From Oligoflexia bacterium (GTDB lineage Bacteria; Bdellovibrionota; Bdellovibrionia; JABDDW01): a DNA stretch of 29,240 nt. The translations under genes were made by a program, and so were the position numbers. The notes under the pieces are model-generated. The model made no database searches, was not told the origin of the DNA, and saw only the letters and a program-made list of their open reading frames with translations. Shown in pieces: positions 1-8,312 of this stretch; within the stretch, counting starts at the first letter, position 1; each line of letters opens with the position of its first letter. The stretch is taken from positions 1 to 29,240 of the forward strand of contig JAYTHU010000148.1 of assembly GCA_043732305.1 (NCBI GenBank), read 5' to 3'.

Positions 1-695
1 GTAGATTCTGTGTCGTAACAAAATCAAACCACAGTGGACGGGGATGGACAATTCTCGTCTCTACATACATTCAAATACCAAGGCTTTTACCGGGGAACCA
101 CTTTTCCGAGCACAGAGGCCTCCAAATCCTTCTTATTTAATTTCAGATTCAATGAATAGTCATTGCAAGGGTCTAGCCATCAGCTGTGCGCAACGGACGA
201 TTTTTTTTGACGAAATGACGATTTAGGATGAACAAAACCCAATAATTCTTGGCTTTCCGCCAGCTCGATTTTAGCGCGGCTTGAGGCCATGTCGCATTTC
301 TGAATAATGGCCAGCGCGTTTCCGAGTCCTCTGGTACTCATCTTTTTTGTAAGGGTTTGATGATCCGGAGTGAACTAAGCCTATACGATAGTGGACAAAT
401 ATCAAGGGCTGACCTTTTTAGGCCTCAATAGGGACTTTTTTGCAGCTCATTTAGAAGTGAATTAATTCACGATGAGATTTTAGAGAAGATTTACGTATTG
501 GATGTTAAAAGCGTTTTGAAGAACTAAATTAGTGGAAATAACCTCGGGAAATTTAATTTGCCGTTTTTTTCTGGCGCTTTACTTACCTAAGTTTGTCCGA
601 TTCATCGCTGATCACTTTCACAAGCCCTAAAATTTTTTGGCCCTTGATAAGCTTTCCATATCTTTGATGATTTTGTCGCTTCAAAAAGCTTAGTT

Positions 696-3600
696 TCAGA
701 GCAAATCACGCAAAAGGTAGGTGCAAAACGGCTTATTCTTTAAAACATTTTTCAACTTGAGATAAGTTTCACGGGCAACGACTGGCGTCTTTTTCAGTCC
801 CAAAATAATTATTTCTGAACTCAAAATGGTTTTAAAACGATCCATGCTGATATAGCTCGAATTCATAAGGATTAAAAAGCCCTTAATCACTCCAAATGTA
901 AACTTACTGTCCAGATAAAGACCTGAAACATACATCTTACTCATGACTTCCGTTATTCTCACTCGCTCATCAATTGTGTTGCTCTTTAAAATTTTATCGA
1001 TCTCTCGCTCAAGCTTGTCTTTGTCAAAGCTTTGAGACCTTTTAGGATCTATCATCAAAGAGGCATAGTGAATCAAGCCCGCAGCATTTTTATCCGCATA
1101 GCTTTTCATAAATCCGCTAATCGTAAGACGTGGATCCCATTTCCAAGGTCTTTTATCTGCGCTGAAATTTATGAGTTGTCCCGGATCGATGAGATAGATT
1201 TTCTTTTTCACTAAATCAACTAGCCAGTTCCCCGGATGTCTATCCGCCTCAAAGAGTCCGTGTTGAAAGAGGATGCTTAAAGAGAAACGAGCAATAGCCT
1301 CTCCAATCTCCTCCTTAACTGCTCTATCAATGGACGGGTCTTTTAAAATTTCTTTCCACGATCTTCCGGCCACTCCGACCAATGGGTGTATAGCTTCCGT
1401 CAAAAAGATATCTTCGGTGGGTGTGATATCATCCAAAACTTTCGGTACTCGGACCTCCCAGCCAGAAGGTTGGATAACTTGAGTGCGGGCTACTTCGGCC
1501 AGAATTTTATAATTTTCAACTTCGTTGAGGAAATTCATTTCTTGATTTAGCTGATCGTCTAGAGACTCAAGTAGTGGTTTGAAAAGTGGATGATTTAATT
1601 CTTTTCCATGGGTGGCCAGTTCATCTAAAAAAGCCTTGGCCATTTTCATTGTGGTGCGGGTGTTGTTATTGGCATCGGGCCGTTTCACCATTAGTGCTCC
1701 ATACTTTCCAGATTTGAGTTGCACCAACTCCACCGTTTTTATACTGGCACTTCCCAAAATTTGAATATGCTTTAGCCCTGTTACTTCTTTGGCAGGCAAT
1801 GTTTTTGCCACTTGTTCTTGCAGATCAAAGAGAGTCATGGGACTGACTCGATCTTGCAAATCTTTAACCTCTTCAGCATGCTCCTCGCCAAAAATATTGA
1901 GAATCCCGCCGATTTGCCCGATTTTAATTCCTACAACTTTAAAAATCTCACATAACACTTTCAAATTTATTCTCGCAGATTCTCCATTTTTTTCTTCAGA
2001 CATGGCCAATAAATAAGCCATGGCCGCGGACTTGGCATAATTCGGCGCCACCTTCAAAAATGAAATTAAGGCGATATCTTCAATAGAATCCTGTTTCATT
2101 TTTAAGAAGCGCTCTCTCATTTGCAAAACTTTGCCCGGATTGTCTAAAAGAGAAGGCGTTCCATTGCTTAAAATCCATAGAAGAACGGGGACTTTTTCTT
2201 GTAGAGTCAAGGAACGCACAAACTTCTGGAGCTCATGTTTTCTTAGGCTTGTTTGATTATCCGCCTCGTATTTATATCTAAAAATATCCGTGCGAGCTCT
2301 CATAAGGACAAGATTTATTTTTTCAATTTTTGATTCAAGCCAACTGGGCATGAATCCATCTTTAGGATGGAGCAAATATTCTATGAGTTCCATTTTGTCA
2401 CTCAAAGAGACATAGTTCCCGATGTCGCTCAGTAATGAAATTCCGATTACTAGCTTGGGATTAAGATTTCGTCTCCAATTTTTTACTTTTTGATCCTCAA
2501 TGTGTTCAATTAATGCTTTATTTTCGGGTTGAAAAATCCAAGCTACCTTTTCCAGAAGAGCGTCTTTTTCTACGGAAGATTGAGGTAGAGCGTACGCAAT
2601 GGCATCGCTTACAACTTTTAGTCGTTCGGGAGTTGGTTTGTCAGATAACGAAAGAGTTTTCTCTAACATTTTTGTTTGTAATTTTTCTGAATAAAATATT
2701 TTTCGCTTAACGCATTCGGTGATCTGCTTGAGTGTTAATGCGTTTTTTAGATCTAGTCCCCCCTCTACTTGTTCGATAAAAAACCTATCCGTGAAAGGGG
2801 AATTTTGAATGTACGCCAATTTAAGATAGAGGTCAAATTTCTCGTCTACTGAAAGGTTGAGAGTCGTCCCCACCTGCAACAATTTTTCAATCACCTTTAT
2901 AGTGCTTCTGTTTTTGGAGGTATCTCGAATATTTTCTTTAGCTAAGGCTTCAACATATTGATTGAAAACTTTTAATTGGCTTGATTGTGAGCGTGTTGAA
3001 ATAAAAATGCCGTCAAGTTCTAAGAGTAGTTCCTCAGAGAGCAGATTGAGGACATTTCCCCCATAGGCATCCACTATGCGCATATTTGCAGTGATGAGGC
3101 GATTTGAAAACTCCAGAACGCTTTCAACCAACTTTCGTTTTTTAGCAATGGTAAAGTACCTTTTCACATCTTCTGGCTGAGTCGAATCAAGATACGGCCC
3201 ACTTACATCTCGATTGAATAAAGCATCTTGTAATAGTTTTTTCTTTGCTCCATCAGAAATGGTGGCGGCATCTATAAATTCGGGCAATTTCACCAACGGG
3301 AAATATCCAATCGCAACCCCAACATATTCCTTCAAAATTTCCTTTTGCATTTCTGCTAGATCTTTAGCGGAGAGTTTGCTTTCCGGGATCTTTGTCACAC
3401 GGAGATTCATTTCTTTTTCGGTGGCCGATTTAAAATAATCAATATAAACTCTCAGCCATCTGGAGATGAGTCGGTCTCGCAGGTTATTTGCTATTTGCTC
3501 ATCTTTTTCCTTATCAATAATCTCCTTCTTCAGGAATCCAATAGTTTTAGGATCCATCCAAAATGGTTTTATCTGCGTCCAGTCCAAAAACTGAAAGCCC

Positions 3601-5402
3601 CCGTCTTTTGCAAATTCGTGGGGGGCCATCTTGGTTTCCAGTTTTCCAGTTAAAAATTCTGCTAGAGAGCGCCGAATCTTTGTCTTCATTTGGTCAGGAT
3701 CGATTTCCAATACGTCAGAAACCAAAGCCCAACTGGCAAGCCCGGTGGACACTTCTAAAAACGCATAGAGTCCACGATTTTGCCAAATCTCCTCACAAAT
3801 GCCCTTGAGATCTTGCAGCATTTTTGAGGTCTCACCATGGGGATAAGCGCGACTTTCTAATTTTAAAAGTGCGACAAACGGAGCCTCTTCACTTGGAGAA
3901 CTACTTACTAGATTATTTCTCACAAGAGAAGATTGTTGAAACCTAAAACTTTCAAGGTACATTAAAGAAAGCATAGCTGTTTTATTTAAATAGGAGAGAG
4001 TATACCAATCTTTTTGGGCTATTAAATAAGGAACAATCCTTTGATGCATGGAAATAAAAAACCGCACCCTATTCTCTGCGGAAAAATTCCCTACAATGCT
4101 TTCTAATTGATGTCCTAAGTATCTGGTAAATTCCACTTTGCTTTGGGGCCAGTTATTTTCCATAAAATTTAAAATGCCATCCACAAGGGTTTGTGGGTCC
4201 ACCGTTTTATCTAATACCATGATGGCATAAGGTGGTCCGTAATCTTGAGCCTTAAACCAATCCCTGGGCTTCCAATATTTGTAAACCGCAAGCTCACGAA
4301 GATAGCTACCGTGGGTTTTAAATTCCTCCACCCATGAAATATCCGCGAGAGACTGCGTAAAATGCATTTTCAGCTCTGAAGGTTTGGTAAGCAACTGCGG
4401 AAAATAGGGGTAAACCAAAGCTCCTTGCTGCATGACTGTACGAAACTCATCAATTTTACTTTTAGACTCGGAAGAATTGGGGTCTAGCTTTGCAAAATTT
4501 TGATCAATGAAAAGCAAAAGAGCGTTGAATTGAACTCTCTTTCCCAAATCATCCAAGGGAATATCTGTTCGACTCAATAACTTTAAAAGCTGAGCGAATG
4601 CTTCCCTCAAGGTTTTGGGAATAGCCATAGCAATTTTTTTCGAATAGGACATTGTGGCCAATTCTTTTAGGACCGCTTCGGCATTGATTTGGCGACTTGA
4701 TCTCACCGGGGATTCGCCGTGCTCGAAAAACTCCTCCGTGAGAGCAAGCTCACTGACATTTTGCCTCAACCCATCTTCCGGATGAGAGCTCAAGAAGGAC
4801 AAGCGCGGTTTAGTTCTCAGCGGCTGCAGTCTTTTTAAAGCATTGTAAATGGCGTCTTGGGGGAGGTCACTCAACTTCAAAAGTCTTCTGCCCTCGAGGT
4901 CAGCTCGAAATTCAATGGTATGAGATGAAGCGGTTGATCCATAATGATTTTCTATCCCGTCAGCGGCAAATTTATCTATGGGATGACCAAGTTCATGGGC
5001 CATGATTCCGTCTAGTTCCGAAAAACCAATTTCCATGGCTTCTTCGGGCTTCAGGCCCTTACGAAGATAGAACTCCAGCATACCTGTGGTTATGAAGAGA
5101 AGATTTGTTCCTTCAGTTTGTCTTTTGAGCGTAAAAACAAAAGCATTTAGTGCAGCACTATCAACAACACGTATTTCATTTTTTATTTTGAATGTGGGAT
5201 TAATAATCTTTATTTGTGCTTTGGAAATGCGGTCAAAATGGGGCAAGAGAATACTTATGATGTATGGAATATTCTCAGAGGGAACTACGGGCCCCCACTG
5301 AGCGGAGACCTGCTTTGTAATATCCTCATAGGTCTTTGCCGAAGACAGGCTTGGAGACAAAAATAATAGAAAAATAAACCCAATAAACTTCAATTTAACC
5401 AA
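696..5402 (-). CDS. Large exported protein: signal peptide, M48 zinc metallopeptidase, long helical middle region, C-terminal AarF/UbiB (ABC1) atypical kinase-like domain
   Basis: N-terminal hydrophobic signal peptide. M48 motifs: NAFV, ITTGML, AHELGH (4983-4997), EFRAD, FLSSHP. ABC1 motifs: KIGQ (1914-1925), LQD, SASI, EMNF..E..N, DRHPGN (1227-1244), IDPG. TTG start is uncertain. Confidence 0.85.
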   Translation of the reverse strand: MVKLKFIGFIFLLFLSPSLSSAKTYEDITKQVSAQWGPVVPSENIPYIISILLPHFDRISKAQIKIINPTFKIKNEIRVVDSAALNAFVFTLKRQTEGTNLLFITTGMLEFYLRKGLKPEEAMEIGFSELDGIMAHELGHPIDKFAADGIENHYGSTASSHTIEFRADLEGRRLLKLSDLPQDAIYNALKRLQPLRTKPRLSFLSSHPEDGLRQNVSELALTEEFFEHGESPVRSSRQINAEAVLKELATMSYSKKIAMAIPKTLREAFAQLLKLLSRTDIPLDDLGKRVQFNALLLFIDQNFAKLDPNSSESKSKIDEFRTVMQQGALVYPYFPQLLTKPSELKMHFTQSLADISWVEEFKTHGSYLRELAVYKYWKPRDWFKAQDYGPPYAIMVLDKTVDPQTLVDGILNFMENNWPQSKVEFTRYLGHQLESIVGNFSAENRVRFFISMHQRIVPYLIAQKDWYTLSYLNKTAMLSLMYLESFRFQQSSLVRNNLVSSSPSEEAPFVALLKLESRAYPHGETSKMLQDLKGICEEIWQNRGLYAFLEVSTGLASWALVSDVLEIDPDQMKTKIRRSLAEFLTGKLETKMAPHEFAKDGGFQFLDWTQIKPFWMDPKTIGFLKKEIIDKEKDEQIANNLRDRLISRWLRVYIDYFKSATEKEMNLRVTKIPESKLSAKDLAEMQKEILKEYVGVAIGYFPLVKLPEFIDAATISDGAKKKLLQDALFNRDVSGPYLDSTQPEDVKRYFTIAKKRKLVESVLEFSNRLITANMRIVDAYGGNVLNLLSEELLLELDGIFISTRSQSSQLKVFNQYVEALAKENIRDTSKNRSTIKVIEKLLQVGTTLNLSVDEKFDLYLKLAYIQNSPFTDRFFIEQVEGGLDLKNALTLKQITECVKRKIFYSEKLQTKMLEKTLSLSDKPTPERLKVVSDAIAYALPQSSVEKDALLEKVAWIFQPENKALIEHIEDQKVKNWRRNLNPKLVIGISLLSDIGNYVSLSDKMELIEYLLHPKDGFMPSWLESKIEKINLVLMRARTDIFRYKYEADNQTSLRKHELQKFVRSLTLQEKVPVLLWILSNGTPSLLDNPGKVLQMRERFLKMKQDSIEDIALISFLKVAPNYAKSAAMAYLLAMSEEKNGESARINLKVLCEIFKVVGIKIGQIGGILNIFGEEHAEEVKDLQDRVSPMTLFDLQEQVAKTLPAKEVTGLKHIQILGSASIKTVELVQLKSGKYGALMVKRPDANNNTRTTMKMAKAFLDELATHGKELNHPLFKPLLESLDDQLNQEMNFLNEVENYKILAEVARTQVIQPSGWEVRVPKVLDDITPTEDIFLTEAIHPLVGVAGRSWKEILKDPSIDRAVKEEIGEAIARFSLSILFQHGLFEADRHPGNWLVDLVKKKIYLIDPGQLINFSADKRPWKWDPRLTISGFMKSYADKNAAGLIHYASLMIDPKRSQSFDKDKLEREIDKILKSNTIDERVRITEVMSKMYVSGLYLDSKFTFGVIKGFLILMNSSYISMDRFKTILSSEIIILGLKKTPVVARETYLKLKNVLKNKPFCTYLLRDLL

Positions 5403-5444
5403 CTGTCTTATACTTTAAAATGTCTTTGATTTTATGAATTAGCG

Positions 5445-5462
5445 ATGCAATTAGCATTCCAG
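5445..5462 (-). promoter_or_regulatory. Sigma54 (RpoN) -24/-12 promoter candidate for the M48-kinase gene
   Basis: Minus strand reads CTGGAATGCTAATTGCAT, with GG-N10-GC spacing and a close match to YTGGCACG-N4-TTGCW. It lies about 43 nt upstream of the start codon. Confidence 0.65.
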
Positions 5463-5791
5463 ATCAACACAGGGCATCCATGTTGTTTGTGGCGGAGATT
5501 AGAGGATAACATTCATGGAACAATTGAAAAAAACAGATGTCCTTGCCACCGATAGCTTTGAACAAAAAGATTAGGGGAAGGAGTTTGGCATTCTGGTCAA
5601 TGCAAAAAAGTTGAGGCACAATACTATTAATCCAAGCCGCCCCCTTTTAAGTAACTTTTAACCACTGCTTTAAATTTGGAACTGGCCAGCAAGCCACTGC
5701 GACAATTTGCAGATTTCTTAAATTCCCAGTGTTTGTTTACCTGTCGCTCGAGATGATGGTCTTCACTTTTTATGAAAACAAGTGGTTAAAA

Positions 5792-6979
5792 TTAATTACC
5801 TATTTTCGATGTGGGCGGCACGAATACCTGACGGTCCAAATCCAGCATGCCCATTCCGTGCAAGGCTTGAGATAAATCTGTGGAGAGCATGAAGTTACCT
5901 AAATAATCAATAAACCCCACAACACCATTGTCCTCGACAGAAGCAAAGCCATTTTTAAATCCACTTTGAATACTTGAAAACTTTGGCTCAATTGTGATTG
6001 AGCCATTTTCATCAATAAATCCATATTTATGCTTTTCAAGATCGTAATACGAAGCAAAGCCTTCATAGAATCCCCATAAATTTTTAAACTTATAATCTGT
6101 GATGAGCTCACCCTGACGGTTAATAACACCGCCGAATCCGGATGTATTACGAACTACTGCTAACCCATTTTCACTAAATTCGCCTGGATCTTTAAATTGA
6201 GGCTTAATGATCATCTTACCCGTTTTATCAATGTATCCGAACTTTCCGTTGATTTTAACTGCCGCTAAACCTTGGCTGAAGGTGTTGGCCTCATCAAATT
6301 CAAAAGAAATGATAGTTTTGCCAGATCTATCCACGTAGCCGAATTTTCCAGGCATGGCAGCCGAACCAGATGTCGATGCCACACCTAATCCCTCGGATAA
6401 TTTTGAGAGCCGAACGAAATTCTTCTTCGTTAAAGCCTCACCCTTTACATTCACATAATCATAGCCACTTGAATGCCGAACGACCACGGCGCCCTCGGCT
6501 GCCGAACCAACCCATGAGAATACTGGCTCAATAACAAACTGGCCTTTTCGATTGATTGCTCCCCACAAAGATTTTTTCTGAACGACAGCCAAACCATTTT
6601 GAAAAGAACTCGCCTCTTCAAATTCAAAATCCGAAATGAGGCTGCCTTGGTGGTCCATATAGGCGTAGCTGTAGTTTTTATTGCCATCGATATACTTGCC
6701 AATAACTAGCAAGCCTTCAGAGAAAGAATTCAGAGTAAAATAAGGCATTTCTAAAACTAAAACTGTCTTGCGGTTTTTTATATCGGCAACTCCTGAGATT
6801 TTACGGTCATCAACAATTTTTAAGAAAGGCTTCATGAATTTTTCTTCTGGAAGCGAGACGATATTCAATTTGATATTTTCGAGTGTTCCCTTGCACCCTT
6901 CATTAGATGCATAAACTTGAAAATACCAAAGTGTTGAAGCTAAGAGCGAAACAATAAAAAATGCACTCTTTCTAAACAT
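5792..6979 (-). CDS. Secreted WG-repeat (WG beta-repeat / KWG-type) protein
   Basis: Signal peptide and AGGAG RBS. Repeated F(S)xGLA.V...(W/F/Y)G(Y/F)ID..G..(I)I.P.F units, roughly seven copies. Confidence 0.9.
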   Translation of the reverse strand: MFRKSAFFIVSLLASTLWYFQVYASNEGCKGTLENIKLNIVSLPEEKFMKPFLKIVDDRKISGVADIKNRKTVLVLEMPYFTLNSFSEGLLVIGKYIDGNKNYSYAYMDHQGSLISDFEFEEASSFQNGLAVVQKKSLWGAINRKGQFVIEPVFSWVGSAAEGAVVVRHSSGYDYVNVKGEALTKKNFVRLSKLSEGLGVASTSGSAAMPGKFGYVDRSGKTIISFEFDEANTFSQGLAAVKINGKFGYIDKTGKMIIKPQFKDPGEFSENGLAVVRNTSGFGGVINRQGELITDYKFKNLWGFYEGFASYYDLEKHKYGFIDENGSITIEPKFSSIQSGFKNGFASVEDNGVVGFIDYLGNFMLSTDLSQALHGMGMLDLDRQVFVPPTSKIGN

Positions 6980-7029
6980 TTAAACGCTCCTAATAGAATA
7001 TATAATTCGTAGTTGGTTTCAATGATGAC

Positions 7030-7045
7030 TGCATGGTGTATACCG
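7030..7045 (-). promoter_or_regulatory. Possible weak sigma54 promoter for the WG-repeat gene
   Basis: Minus strand CGGTATACACCATGCA has GG-N10-GC spacing but several mismatches to the consensus. Confidence 0.3.
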
Positions 7046-7214
7046 GAATTGGAAGCGCGCGTCAACATGGCCATCATCAAATGTCAATCAGCCTTAAAGC
7101 GTTCCGGTTCGCTCTGACTTTAAATCAGTGATAGCGGGCGATATCTTGATCCCGAAATCACTGTCGTAGATTTTTAAAAGCGGAAAGTTGATCTCATTGG
7201 ACTCATTGTCACTC

Positions 7215-7290
7215 AATTGTAACCTTTGGCAATAAATAATTGTAACTGGTTACAATTATTTGTGACAGTGGGTTACAATTAGGTTACAAT
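7215..7290. promoter_or_regulatory. Operator array of ATTGTAAC/GTTACAAT half-sites overlapping a sigma70-like promoter
   Basis: Perfect 13-bp inverted repeat AAATAATTGTAAC-tg-GTTACAATTATTT (7234-7261). Further copies at 7215-7224, 7271-7280 and 7282-7290. GTGACA(7262-7267)-17 nt-TACAAT(7285-7290) lies 5 nt before ATG 7296. Confidence 0.75.
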
Positions 7291-7295
7291 GAGAC

Positions 7296-8312
7296 ATGGA
7301 CAATAGGGCAAAGATTCTCAAATTCCTCAAGACACGTAAACAAGTCAAAACCTCTGATTTGGTGGAAGAACTTGGTGTTTCAAGGCAAAAAGTCTCTAAA
7401 CATTTGAGCTCCTTAGTTAAGGAAGGAATTCTTGCAAAAGACGGGTCGACTCGAAATTCTCGTTATCATCTCAGTCATGGCCGAATAACCTTGCCCAAGA
7501 GCACCCCTCTCCTTTTGACTAAAAAGTTGAAAGGCCTGGCAGAAGACAAGGTGTTTGGAGAGGTGGAACTTAGGTTGGCCACAATGAGGAGGTTACCAAA
7601 CAATGTCGGAAATATTGCTTTCTATGCTTTTGGGGAAATGCTCAACAACGCTATTGATCACTCTGGATCAATGAACGCTAAGATCGAAGTTCAAGTTGAT
7701 GAAGAAAATTTCTCATTTAAAATCAAAGATTTGGGTGTGGGGATTTTTGCCAATATTCAAAAAAAGTTCAAATTAAATGACGAACATGAGGCATTGGAGC
7801 ATGTTTTAAAGGGCAAACAAACTACTCTCCCAGACAGACATAGTGGCCAGGGAATTTTTTTTACTTCAAGGATTGCTGATGTTTTTAAAATCAAAAGTCA
7901 TAAAATCGAGCTCACTATAGACAATTTCACTCATGATTTTAGAGTAAAATCGATCAATGGCACTAAGGGCACGGAAGTCTTTTTTCAAATCAAAAAAAGG
8001 TCTCGAAAAGTTTTAAGAGAACTTTTTGCTAAATTTGCCAATGATGACTATGAATTTGATCGAACTGCTGTGAGGATTAAGCTCACGGCAGAAAGAGAGT
8101 TACTGGCCAGATCCCAAGCGCGAAGAATTCTCTCAGGTTTGGACCGGTATAAAGCTGTTACCCTCGATTTCCAAAAAGTTAAAGAGGTCGGGCAAGGATT
8201 TATCGATGAAATATTCAGGGTTTTTAAAGAGAGAAATCCAACGATTCAACTTTTATACATCAATGCGAACCCGGCGGTGGAATTTATGATTCAAAGACAA
8301 AGAAAAGTATGA
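7296..8312 (+). CDS. Winged-HTH + HATPase_c + STAS-like (DUF4325-type) regulator
   Basis: N-terminal HTH (LVEELGVSRQKVSKHLSSLVKEG). ATPase boxes EMLNNAIDHS, DLGVGI, GQGIFF, GTEV. C-terminal LDFQKV..VGQGFIDEIFRVF STAS-like segment. Confidence 0.85.
   Translation: MDNRAKILKFLKTRKQVKTSDLVEELGVSRQKVSKHLSSLVKEGILAKDGSTRNSRYHLSHGRITLPKSTPLLLTKKLKGLAEDKVFGEVELRLATMRRLPNNVGNIAFYAFGEMLNNAIDHSGSMNAKIEVQVDEENFSFKIKDLGVGIFANIQKKFKLNDEHEALEHVLKGKQTTLPDRHSGQGIFFTSRIADVFKIKSHKIELTIDNFTHDFRVKSINGTKGTEVFFQIKKRSRKVLRELFAKFANDDYEFDRTAVRIKLTAERELLARSQARRILSGLDRYKAVTLDFQKVKEVGQGFIDEIFRVFKERNPTIQLLYINANPAVEFMIQRQRKV

Noticed and set aside
44..695. Short ORFs at the window start (44-226 plus strand, and a ~53-aa minus-strand ORF near 180-341), possibly an IS remnant
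   Set aside because: No recognisable motifs, terminal inverted repeats or transposase signature. Cannot be supported without a search.
5586..5604. Plus-strand TGGCA...TGCA as a sigma54 site
   Set aside because: GG-to-GC spacing is 13 nt rather than 10, and no plus-strand gene follows.
7191..7295. Repeat array as a replication origin or iterons
   Set aside because: No DnaA boxes or rep gene are evident. The repeats overlap the promoter of an HTH gene, which fits an operator better.
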